A stretch of DNA of 64,000 bases, from the NCBI GenBank assembly GCA_002269645.1, contig NIVC01000618.1, positions 248,001-312,000 of the forward strand, written 5' to 3'. This DNA is from Macrostomum lignano. Taxonomy: Eukaryota. Below, piece by piece: positions 36,519 through 48,500 of this stretch (position 1 is its first letter; every line of letters starts with the position of its first letter). A model generated the notes under the pieces. That model saw only the letters and a program-made list of their open reading frames with translations, searched no databases and was not told the DNA's origin. Both the position numbers and the translations under genes were made by a program.

Positions 36519-38540
36519 TCTCCTCTCCCATCCCTCTTCTACTCTCTACTCTCTCCCCTCTTCATTCTCCTATTTCCTCTTCTCTCTCCCTGTCTCTCCT
36601 CTCTCCTCTAGTCTCTGTAATCTCTTCTCTCTTATCTCTCCTCTGTTCTCTCTACTCTCCCATCTCTCGTCTGTTCACCCTCATCTCTGCTCTCTCATCT
36701 GTCATCTTTACTCTCTAATACGTTCTCTCACTTATCTCCTCTGTACTCTTCTCTTTCACCTCTTCTGACTCCTCTCTTTCCTTACTCCTCTCTTCTTTTC
36801 TCTTCCCTCTTCTATACCCTCTCTCCTCTAATATCTTCTCTCATCTCTCTGCACTCTCCTCTCACCTTTTTTATCTCTCATCTTTACTCTTTCATCTCTC
36901 CTTTCATTTGTCTCATCTCTACAATCTCATCTCTCCTTTCTCCCCTCTTCTTACATCCCTCTCTTATCTCTATTATCTCTATCTCTCCTCTTCTCACTCT
37001 TCTCTCCCCCTCTTATCTTCTCTCTTCTCTATCCTTTCTACTCTCTCCTCTCCTCTTGACCCTCTGTCATCTTCTTTCTGCTCTCTCATCTCTACTCTCT
37101 TCTCACTCTTCTTTACTTTTCTGCTCATCGATCCTCTGTCTCATCTCTCCCCTCTTCTCAGCTTTACTCTTTCCTCTCCCTCCTTTCTCCCCTCCTCTCG
37201 CTTCTTCCTCCCTTCTTCTCTGCTCTCTCCTCACCACTTGTCTCTTCTCTTATCTTCCATGTTTTCTCTTATCCCCGTCCCGCCTCTCCTCTCTTCTAAT
37301 AGTCTATTCCTTCTCCTTTCCACTCTCATCTGGCCCGCACATAAGCTGGATTCTTTATCTGGCTTTTGAAGTAAAAGTCTGCCGATCACTGCTTCGAAAG
37401 CCAGTTTGTGGGATGTACTACTCTCATCGTTATTCTCATGCTTTGATCACGTCATCTTTCTTGCCAATTTGCAGCCCTGAAAGGAATTTGTGTATCTTCA
37501 GCTCCACTGCAGTCTGCATCAGTCTAACAACCAAGGAAATATGCATTTCTTAGGCCATTTAAATTTCAAAGTACTATTAAGAGAAACTTAAAATTTCCAT
37601 GGTGTGCCTAATTTAGTAGGGTTGTATTTCATTGCATCGCATCACCTTTTCATAAATATATTTCGCTTTTACAAACCATGCTGGATTGCCTCGATTTGCC
37701 AATTGCCATCCTCTGTTAAACTGCTGCAGAGTTTGCCAATACAGAGAGGAGGGCAGTGGTTAGAATTTCTCACTAAACTGTTATGGCTAAACGTAGCCTC
37801 TCCACTCTCGGGGTACGAGAAGGCTATAAAAAAAGTTATTCCAAAACACTGTACATTTGCTATGTACATTCAGTCTTACCGCCTGATCCTTCGTCTGGCT
37901 CTGGGGGAATGAGTGGAGTGAGTGAGTGGCACAAACAACAGAAAAAGCAGACAAACTTCACATGCTTACAGTTTCTTTTTTGGTTGAGTTACAGAGTTGA
38001 AACTTTACATTTAGACAGAGAATGAGTCAATGAAGAATTGTGTCAAGTTTGAAGTCAATCGTTTTACATGGAGCAAACTTATGGCAGCTGAAAGTTAGTC
38101 AATTTTGAAACCCTTTTACACATCTGGGCCCAGATCGGGAAAGAGAGGCAGGTGGGCGGAGGTTGGGGTGGCTGCCTCGCTGAAAAAAACAGCCTAACTT
38201 TAAAAGTGCACAGCGGCTTTCAGGATTAACTTTGAGACTCAAAATTTTACACGATTGTGTCAAAATAGTTGAAGATTGAGTGTGTCAAATTTGAAGAGAA
38301 TCGGTAGAAGTGGAGCGGCGCTATGAAGGATTTAGTGAAAAAATCGCGCATTTTGAGCAGTTTTTTGTACTTTTAGGTAGGAAGACTTGAGTCTAGGAAA
38401 TTAAAAGGTAGCCTAAGACATTCTCCGTAGTAAGTTTAGGGTGGGTGTAAAGTTTGGTGTCATTTGGTTGAGCGGTTTGGGAGTCCATAGCGATCAAAAT
38501 TGTCTACAGACACACAGAGTTTTCATTTTTATATGTAGAG
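35459..38540. mobile_element. Non-autonomous Helitron/HINE-like insertion of about 3.08 kb with a CT-rich body (35740-37325)
   Basis: Splits a 25-bp atctactaatgaagtttatatcatt array with no TSD; 5' acaagctgttgaaacccgcgg; 3' ...gagcggtttgggag...ttttatatgtagag; the 5' end recurs at 58392. Confidence 0.55.
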
Positions 38541-40865
38541 ATCTACTAATGAAGTTTATATCATTATCTACTAGGCCTAATGAAATTCATATCATTATCT
38601 ACTAATGAAGTTCATGATCCATAGGGCCTAGCCATTAGAAAATGTTTTTGGTGTTGGAACTCTAGCCATTGCCCCTAATTTAATTGCTTGGCAAATTGCT
38701 TACAAAAATTGTTTTTTTTAATTTGCTAGGGCCTACCCCTTTTGTTTTGTTGCATGCATATTTGTAGGTCACAGGAACAACACATCACTGGCTGAAGACT
38801 CTTAGTCTTAGGCTAGTTCTTAATCCTTAATTGGGCTAGCCGCTAGTTAGCTTTTATTTAAGTTCAACCTACACTAGGCCTACACTAGTTGGGCTCAAAT
38901 TTAGATTAGGACTAACAAATTTAGATTTGGTACAGGATACAAATACAATTACGATAAATGGATTAGGCCCTGATACTATTAGCTTAGGGTCTGTTATGTA
39001 ATACAAATAGTATGGAAGTCTATAATGAAGTGCGCCACGCCACACCACGGTACCTCCATTATGGCATGGGTCCTCTTACCTCCTCTCTTTCTTTCTCTTA
39101 CCGGCTCATTAAAAATGGACAAAAAAGCTAGGAAAATATAAGTATATAAACTTGTAGTTGTAGGAATACTACCTTACTAGTCCTGCTAGCTAGTGCTGGC
39201 CCATAAATTATCAAATCAAACATGTCGAAGACGTTCAAGATGTTGGCATAGAGGCTTTTCATATTACCAATTCCAGAATCAGAATCGGTTCGGATCTTCC
39301 AAGAAAAACAGCAGTATAACTATTTAATTCTGTTGAATGTTTGACTGCCTTAACAACCTCACTTAGCACAATTTTTCACTTTCTTCTTGGCGATTTTCAT
39401 TTAATAATAAAAACTTTATAGCACGTATCTCTTTCTAGTTATGGAGACAAAAAGTTATACTTCACAAATTGGTTCTGGTTCTGGAACCAGAACAAGCGAA
39501 AAGACCATACTATTATTTCCTATGGTAATCGCAATGTACAATTGCATCACTTTTCCTGCTCGTCGTTATCAACTCAAAGCTTTTATTCCCATTTTGCTTG
39601 ATGTACGGTTACTTAAAACTTTTTTGACTTTAACAGTATGTGCTTTTATTTTGGTATTATTAGGTAACTCAGAAGCATAAGCTTTGTTTTTTCTCGTTAA
39701 ACTACGAACAAAATTAAATTACCTGTTTTCATAGAACTGCACTTATCAGCTAGCTGCTAGCCATTGCCACACCATCATGCATGGGTCTGTGTGTTGTTCT
39801 ATATATGGCGGCGTAGAAGCAAAATACAAGGGCAGTAAAAAATCCCCCCTTCAGGGAGGACATGTCCCCTGGTATCCCAGAAAGGGGGAGGAATTTTTTG
39901 ACTGTGTGTTTCTCCATTTTCTCCATGGGTGGGAATCCTGGCTACGCGCCTGCTATATACAATACTGCCAGTACTGGTACCTAGTCTTAAGCAGCTTAAG
40001 CCTAATATTTGAAAAAAAACAGAAAATTTCCATAACAATGACCAGCTTTAAATTTACAATCAAGGACTATTTGTGCGCGTGGTGGAGGAGTGCCTTTGTA
40101 CACAATTGTATGAGTATGATTGACACCTACTTTCCTAGCCTAGCTGATAGTGAGTTCTGCCTATATGTATAAATGCAAATCAATATATTAAAAACAAGAT
40201 CAAGGGTCAGTTCGTCTGTTTTTCTCTTTATATATAGCTCGACCTTACATTATATTGTGACTTTATTTTATATTTTTAATACAATCAATACAATATTGTC
40301 CAAGTCTGGAATAAATTCAAAGCCAGTATGAGCTCAGTGAAGCAAAATCCCAATACTCGTATTCCAATACATTGCCAAAATATTCTTTTAACAAAAAAAC
40401 TTGAACATCTAGTATATTTTTAGAACAAATACTTAGCTTTATATTATATATTAAAAACACTTTTTGTGGTTATAATGCCTTTCAGCAGCTAACTCATTGG
40501 CTATAATCAATTAATGAGTAATTATTATATTCTATTCTTTTAAAAAATTATTTCTTCTCTTACCCTTTTTATAAATTAAAAAATATTCCTATATAGCAAT
40601 ATATAACACCTTGAATAGCCTAGATTTATCTACTGTTTGTTCTTATTAACTTGCCCTAAAAGCATCATTTTAGCTTTGAAAATTTCATGTATAGTATTTT
40701 CTTAGTGTCTTTGTTAAAATCTATACTTATATATAATCCTTAATTTATAACTGTATCTTGAAAACTATCCAAGCCAAAAAATCAAAGCCTCTTCTTTACC
40801 CTTGTCATTTCCATAGCCAACACAAGCTGTTCCATTCTCTTCTGCAAAGCATTTGAAGCCAGGAA

Positions 40866-43258
40866 ATGAGCAGCTTCGATTCGACCAGTGGCCTAGTCAT
40901 ATTCAATGTTGGTGGGCGGCGGCACCAGGTGTTCTTGCAGACTCTCGCGCCCTGGCCTGAGAGCCTCCTGTGCCGTCTGGCCCGTGGCCAGCTGCGCAGC
41001 ATCGCTGACTCTGACGGCGCCGTGTGCATCGACCGCGATCCCGACACCTTCGGCTTGGTGCTCAACTTTCTGCGCTATCGACGCTCACCTCTGGACATTG
41101 AATCGGTTGGATCGGCCAAATTTCATCTGCTGCTAGAAGACAGCGACTTCTATTGCCTGCCTGAACTGCGAAACTGCCTGCTGCAGCTAAGAGAAACTGC
41201 CGAATCTGCTGAGACTGCAAAAGCTTCATCAACTGAGGCAAATATCAGCTTGGAGTCCTGTGCAGATGAGCAGAGTGAGTGCTCTGTGGTTCGGGCTGAC
41301 CGATTGTCACTAAGCCACATGTGAGGGATTTCCCAAGGTCATTTGTTAGATAAACTAAGCCACATGCGAGGGATTTCCCAAGGTCATTTGTTAGATAAAC
41401 TACGAGTAATTAAGCCACGTGAGGGATTTCCCAAGGTCATTTGTTAGATAAACTAAGCTACATGTGAGGGAGTTCCCAAGGTCATTTGTTAGATAAACTA
41501 AGCCACATGTGAGGGATTTCCCAAGGTCATTTGTTAGATAAACTAAGCCACATGCGAGGGATTTCCCAAGGTCGTTTTTTAGATAAACTAAGCCACATGT
41601 GAGGGAGTTCCCAAGGTCATTTGTTAGATAAACTAAGCCACATGTGAGGGAGTTCCCAAGGTCATTTGTTAGATAAACTAAGCCACATGTGAGGGAGTTC
41701 CCAAGGTCATTTGTTAGATAAACTAAGCCACATGTGAGGGAGTCCCCAGGGCATTTGTTAGATAAACTAAGCCACATGCGAGGGATTTCCCAAGGTCGTT
41801 TTTTTAGATAAACTAAGCCACATGTGAGGGAGTTCCCAAGGTCATTTGTTAGATAAACTAAGCCACATGTGAGGGATTTCCCAAGGTCATTTTTTAGATA
41901 AACTAAGCCACATGCGAGGGATTTCCCAAGGTCATTTGTTAGATAAACTAAGCCACATGTGAGGGAGTTCCCAAGGTCATTTTTTAGATAAACTAAGCCA
42001 CATTTGAGGGATTAAAAAGAGTTAGGCAGACAGATCGGCACGAAGACAGTCAGCCAGCCTTCAATCGAGCAATCCTCCCAACTCCCCACCTCCGCAGGCT
42101 CGCTGATAACGCTGGACGTAGGCGGCACCCGCTACTCAACCTCCTTGTCTACCCTGACCCGCTACCCCGACTCCATGCTTGGCGCCATGTTCTCCGATCG
42201 ATTTCGATTGAATAATCCGGCCGCAATCGATCGCGACGGCAATCTGTTTCGTCACGTGTTGAACTTTCTTAGAAACGGCCGCCTCAGCCTGCCGGACGGA
42301 TTTGCCGAGGGCGAGGCGCTGCTAGCCGAGGCGGAATTCTATCAGATCCAGCCGCTGGTGCAGCAGCTCCGCGATTGGCTGGGTGGCTACGCGGCCAGCC
42401 GGGCCAAAGGCGTCTATTTGGAAGTGAGTCGAACCGGACAAAATTTGTGGGAATTCATTTGTGGTGCAATCCATTATATTTGACTTGATTATCATGAGGA
42501 ACTTTAGGAATCACCCGGCCGTTTTTTACTGGCAGCACACGGACTGCTCCGTCACGTGACCGCTCTAAAGCCAATTAGAGTTGCTCCTAGTTGTAGGCAA
42601 TTTTGTCACGTGACCGCTCTCGGCCAATTAGAAATGGGCCTGTTTCTGTTTGTGGGCTAATGTTGTCTGTCACGTGACCGCTCTCGGCCAATTAGAAGTG
42701 GGTCTGGATGTGGTCTAATGTCACGTGACCGCCTTGGGCTAATTAGAAATAGGCCTGGGTGTGCGCTAAGGTGTTCACATGACTGCAGCGGTGTACCAAA
42801 TTAAGAACAATCGTGAATAACCGGCAGTGCCACCTCCGCGCCTGTAGGTGAAGGACAATGTAGTCTGCTTTCGCGGCTTTCACATCACCACCAGCCTGAC
42901 CGGGCCGCTGGCCTATCTGAAATCCGTGCCCCCATTTGACACCGAACTCGCCCGCCTCACCCAGCCAGCGCCGATGCTCAGCCAGTTCTGCGCCCCGCTG
43001 CCATTCTACACCGCCTGGGTGAAGGGCAGCATGGAGGAGGTGTACCTGAACTCAGACGCCAGCAAGAGCCGACTTGAATGGGCCTCGCTGCTGCGGGCTA
43101 CTGGCTGGCGACTCTGCAGCACGTCCAGCTGCTGCAGTTCCAGCTCTGATCAGACTTTTATTGTTGTTGATAAATGGTTTTTACCGTCTGAGCAGCTCTA
43201 TAACAGCATATTTCTGCAGGGCGGCGACGGGGCTGGGCAGCAGCAGTCTATGGGCTAA
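40866..43258 (+). CDS. KCTD-like protein with two T1-type BTB/POZ domains, 381 aa; exons 40866-41274, 42098-42423, 42848-43258
   Basis: FNVGG..IDRDPDTFGLVLNFLR and LDVGG..TLTRYPDSMLGAMFS..IDRDGNLFRHVLNFLR; GTGAGT donors with matching phases; total 1146 nt. Confidence 0.85.
41310..42012. repeat. 45-bp minisatellite (ataaactaagccacatgtgagggatttcccaaggtcatttgttag), KCTD intron 1
   Basis: Visible; 15-aa repeat in the spurious ORF. Confidence 0.95.
42551..42745. promoter_or_regulatory. Four copies of GTCACGTGAC-N9/10-CCAAT (fourth is CTAAT): an E-box/CLEAR plus CCAAT module in KCTD intron 2
   Basis: Motif at 42551, 42605, 42669, 42720; function is inferred only. Confidence 0.4.
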
Positions 43259-43549
43259 CCCTAGGCAGGCTGAGTGCCAGTGCCCACCCTCAATGCACAG
43301 GGTGTGTACATACACGTCTGACGATGAGAAAGTCAGGGCCGCTGTACACCCCCGTGGGCGTGATCAGGAGTCAGCAGAATAAGCATGACTGCTTGTAGTA
43401 TTTACCAGTATTAACCGTTAAAGATTGCAATTCTCCAGAGTTATCTATGGAAAAATCACGAAAAACTTTATCAAGGTCATCTGTTAATTATAGTATTATC
43501 TAGAAAAAGACTCCTTAAATTTGCTCGTTTGAGAGACTAGTTACTTGTG

Positions 43550-43802
43550 AATAGTTTCCCAAGGTCATTTGTTAGATAAACTAAGCTACATGTGAGGAGT
43601 TTCCCAAGGCCATTTGTTAGATAAACTAAGCCACATGTGAGGGATTTCCCAAGGTCGTTTGTTAGATAAACATAGCCACATGTGAGGGATTTCCCAAGGT
43701 CATTTGTTAGATAAACATAGCCACATGTGAGGGAGTTCCCAAGGTCATTTGTTAGATAAACATAGCCACATGTGAGGGATTTCCCAAGGTCATTTGTTAG
43801 AT
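43550..43802. repeat. Second array of the same 45-bp minisatellite, 3' of the KCTD-like gene
   Basis: Same unit and orientation as 41310-42012. Confidence 0.9.
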
Positions 43803-43811
43803 GTACTAACT

Positions 43812-43974
43812 TATACATGCGCAACCATGGGAATCACTCGGCCGTTTCTATTGACAACACACACATGTAAGTCGCTATTGGCTGAGAGCAGTCACGTGAT
43901 TACTATTCCGTCCAATAGCGACTTACATGTGTGTGTTGCCAATAGAAACGGCCGGGTGAATCCCTAGGTTGCGC
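43812..43974. mobile_element. Fold-back/MITE-like element with inverted arms of about 63 bp
   Basis: The arm from 43819 is the reverse complement of the arm ending 43974 with about 5 mismatches; left terminus tatacatgcgcaac matches the hAT TIR in DHCR7. Confidence 0.7.
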
Positions 43975-44771
43975 CTAAGCATGATACTAAGCGCTTAATT
44001 ATGGATTCCTCAAGGCCACCGGTTTGAAGGATAACTCTTACTGTTAAACCCTAAAACGAACATTTATGAAGAAAACTTCCCTCTGAAGTAAAATTTCTCA
44101 AGGTCATCCGAGACATGCGTTTTATTCTGATGACAAAAAAATAAAGACATTCCATATGCTCCAGAATAGGTTTTGTAAGTATCCTTTTGCGATTTTGAAA
44201 TATTTTTGTTAATGCTTTTGATGCTTTTGAAAAAATCTCACCTTTTTAACTTTTGCTTTTTTGCTTGAGGTAATTCTCCTCTATTCTGCTTACTCACAGT
44301 AGTGCAATATGCAATTCAAAGGCCTTGGAATTTAAGCAAGACTATTTAGTATTTTTGTAAATACAGTTACTAAAATAAAATTGTGATGAATCCTGAACTA
44401 CAACACAGCATTCACAGCAACAAAGCTGGTTGATAATGGAATTTATGCATGAATTATAAATCTTGTTCACACCGTATCATAAGCGAGTTTAATTTTATTA
44501 GTGTATCAGAGTTCATCTACTGATAAGTAGAAAGTGTAGAGTGTTGCGCGAAACGCTTGCATGGCGGGCAAAGAAATGACGCCACGCAAGAGCACAGAGT
44601 AGAAGTAGGAGTTGTGTGCAGAGTAGCTAATGGGTGAAGTCAAGCCTTGGGCGGACCAGCCGCCCGAGTTCGATTCCCTTTCAGCTAGCTGATGACAAAC
44701 TGGCTTTAAGTTTAAAATATTTGTTTAGGATAATGTACGTTTAAAGCTTGTGGGTTTCGAGATTGTTAAAT

Positions 44772-45403
44772 TACTCGTTTGTGGAATTTCAGAGCTTGTT
44801 GAATTACTAGTTTGTGGAATTCCAGAGCTTATTGAATTACTAGTTTGTGGAATTTCAGAGCTTATTGAATTACTAGTTTGTGGAATTTCAGAGCTTGTGG
44901 AATTTCAGAGCTTGTAGAATTTCAGAGCTTGTAGAATTTCAGAGCTTTTAGAATTTCAGAGCTTGTGGAATTTCAGAGCTTGTGGAATTACTAGTTTGTG
45001 GAATTTCAGAGCTTATTGAATTACTAGTTTGTGGAATTCCAGAGCTTATTGAATTACTAGTTTGTGGAATTTCAGAGCTTATTGAATTACTAGTTTGTGG
45101 AATTTCAGAGCTTGTGGAATTTCAGAGCTTGTGGAATTTCAGAGCTTGTAGAATTTCAGAGCTTGTAGAATTTCAGAGCTTTTAGAATTTCAGAGCTTGT
45201 GGAATTTCAGAGCTTGTGGAATTTCAGAGCTTGTAGAATTTCAGAGCTTGTAGAATTTCAGAGCTTTTAGAATTTCAGAGCTTGTAGAATTTCAGAGCTT
45301 GTAGAATTTCAGAGCTTGCAGAATTTCAGAGCTTGTAGAATTTCAGAGCTTGTGGAATTTCAGAGCTTGTAGAATTTCAGAGCTTGCAGAATTTCAGAGC
45401 TTA
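44772..45403. repeat. 17-bp minisatellite (gtggaatttcagagctt) with longer variants
   Basis: Visible. Confidence 0.9.
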
Positions 45404-45534
45404 TAAACTTGTATTTTTTTAGATCTATGATATTTGATGATCGAGGAAATGAAAGTTACCTCACTGTCTACCTAATTCATCAGGACTTCCCGTTCTAAAT
45501 CAATCATTAACGTTATTAACACAAAAAGCGACTG

Positions 45535-48500
45535 TTAATTTTGATTTCCCTCTGTAGCGCCGTTGCCATAGCCTTCCAGTCCGTTCCTGGCCAGGTAGTC
45601 TCGCAGCCACAGGGCCAGGTACTCAATTGGATCGCGGGGCCGGCGCAGGGCCACCTCGGCTACGCCCAGAGACAGGGCCTTGGCTGCAGTGGGGAGTGAG
45701 GTTGTTGCAGCTTTTACTATAGAAATAGTCTATCTGCGATAGTCAATGAGTAGGATGAACTTTTCAAGTTTACTACTGTGCTCTCGATGTCTTTATCTCC
45801 GTCTCAAACTGTCTATCTCATTTTTACTAGCTAAGCTGCCCCTTCTCCTTCGCTAATCCAGCCTCACTCCTTCTCACTCTTCCCCTCTCCCTCTCACTCT
45901 TCCCGTCTCCCTCCCACTCTTCCCCAAGCTCCCTCTCACCCTTCCCTACTCCCTCTCACCCTTGCAGTCTTTTTACTCGTCTCCAACTGCAAACGAGTAT
46001 TGAGCCCTCCCTTGCGTTCTCTATAAGATTCAGTAGAATAAGGAAGCTGAGCTTTATCAAACAGCATTTCCCACTCACCCACGGCTCTGAGCTCCCACGG
46101 GAAGCTGCGGTAGCGCATGTCCACGGCTGCGGCGGCGGCCTGAGGCGGCGCTTCCGGCTGCACAAGCAGCGGTCTGGCCGCTTCCGCTCGGCGCAGTCGG
46201 CGCGGAAAACTGCGCGACATCAACAGCAAAGAAGATGACGGTGTCGTTGCCGATGATGGAGGCTGAGGAGGCGGCGGCAGCGTCGATGAAAGATGAAACT
46301 TCACTTGCTTTGCACCACCACTTGCCGCAGCCTCTTCCGCCACAGCTGCTTCGGCTTCATCAGCAAAGTCTGGGTTCTGCTCGTCGCTGCAGATGCTTTT
46401 GATCTCCGTCAGGGTGCCGCTGCTGCCGCCTCCGATGCCACCGCCTTCGGACTGGCACCGGCTGACGTCCTCGGCTGACGAGGACGACGAATCGTCTAGG
46501 ACTCCTGGAATGGAAATCGACACGGAGGAGGCCCTGCCGCCGACGTCGCCAGTCTGAAAGCTCCTGCTCCGGCGATGTCGGCGGCACAGTCGGCGAGGTC
46601 CCCGGATGTCGCTGACCGGCGGCCGCAGCAGGTGGCGGCACCGGCTGCCCGTTCGGCCACTGCAGCTGAGCGTGGCCGCCTCCGCGTCCGAGTCGCTGTC
46701 CGAATCGCCCGCGGCGGCCACCTCTCGGCAAATTCGCTGCAGAGTCTGACTGGCCGAGGCCGTGGTCGTGTTGTCCGTGTTCTCGTCCGAGCTCTCGTCC
46801 AGCTTGTTGCGGTCGATATCCAGCCACTCCGTCAGCTGCTGGTACTCCAGGTTCGACTGAAGGTGGAGTGCGCGTTCGTCCTTGGGGTCACTCAGCTAAT
46901 CCATCTGTCACTCAGCTAATCCATCCGTCACTCAGCTAATCCATCTGTCACTCAGCTAATCCATCTGTCACTCAGCTAATCCATCCGTCACTCAGCTAAT
47001 CCATCCGTCACTCAGCTAATCCATCTGTCACTCAGCTAATACATCTGTCACTCAGCTAATCCATATGTCACTCAGCTAATCCATATGTCACTCAGCTAAT
47101 CCATCTGTCACTCAGCTAATCCATCTGTCACTCAGCTAACCCATCTGTCACTCAGCGAATCCCTCTGTCACTCAGCTAATCTCTCTGTCACTCAGTTAAT
47201 CTATCTGTCACTCAGCTAATCCATCTGTCACTCAGCTAATCCATATGTCACTCAGCTAATCCATATGTCACTCAGCTAATCCATCTGTCACTCAGCTAAC
47301 CCATCTGTCACTCAGCGAATCCCTCTGTCACTCAGCTAATCCATCTGTCACTCAGCTAATCTATCTGTCACTCAGCTAATCTATCTGTCACTCAGCTAAT
47401 CCATATGTCACTCAGCTAATCCATCTGTCAATCAGCTAATCCATCTGTCACTCAGTTAATCTATCTGTCACTCAGCTAATCCATCTGTCACTCAGTTAAT
47501 CTATCTGTCACTCAGCTAATCCATCTGTCACTCAGCTAATCCATCTGTCACTCAGCTAATCCATCTGTCACTCAGCTAATCCATCTGTCACTCAGCTAAT
47601 CTATCTGTCACTCAGCTAATCTATCTGTCACTCAGCTAATCCATATGTCACTCAGCTAATCCATCTGTCAATCAGCTAATCCATCTGTCACTCAGTTAAT
47701 CTATCTGTCACTCAGCTAATCCATCTGTCACTCAGTTAATTCCTTTATAGACAGTCGTGCTCACCTTGCCGGACCTGCCCAGCAGGTAATAGGTAACCAT
47801 ACGACCCTTGCCCTTCACGTGTACCGGCTCCCTCTGTTCAACCTCGTACGGGAAGTCGTCGATGCAGCGTTGGAAGCTGGCGCTGATGTGCACGGAGTCC
47901 GGCCGGCCGCAGGTCATCATTCTGGAGGCCACGTTGACCGTGTCGCCGAACAGGCAGTAACGGGGCGTCATCAGGCCGACCACGCCAGCCACAATGCTGC
48001 CGGAGTGACAGCCCACCTGAATGCGCAGCGGCTCGACCGCGGCCGTATCGGCCGCTCCGGTCGGCGAGGAGTCGCCGGACGGCCGAACAATCCGGTGCGC
48101 CTCGGCCAGCATGTCCAGAGCCATCTCGGCGATGTGCGCCGCGTGGTAAGGCGTGGCCCGCGGCGCGCCCGACATCAGCATGTACGAGTCACCGATGGTT
48201 TCCACCTGTTGAGTTTGCGATGGGGATGCAATGATGAAGTCCAGTTTTCATGATTCAGAGACACAATGATGCGGTCCAGTTTTCTTAATTCAGAGACACA
48301 ATGATGCGGTCCAGTTTTCATGATTCAGAGACACAATGATGCGGTCCAGTTTTCTTAATTCAGAGACACAATGATGCGGTCCAGTTTTCTTAATTCAGAG
48401 ACACAATGATGCGGTCCAGTTTTCTTAATTCAGAGACACAATGATGCAGTCCAGTTTTCTTAATTCAGAGACACAATGATGCGGTCCAGTTTTCTTAATT

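Noticed and set aside
39200-40172. Short ORFs in the AT-rich spacer
   Set aside because: No domain similarity or codon bias; possibly decayed repeat
42551-42795. Repeat-spacer pattern and the 30-45-bp arrays as CRISPR
   Set aside because: Eukaryotic introns, no cas genes, and spacers absent or related to each other
43317-43340. CUGACGA..GAAA as a second hammerhead; also CTGATGA at about 22425, 44127, 44689 and 61377
   Set aside because: No stem II or III, or no correctly placed GAAA
44615-44690. Functional tRNA gene
   Set aside because: A/B-box-like motifs are present but acceptor, anticodon and T stems do not pair
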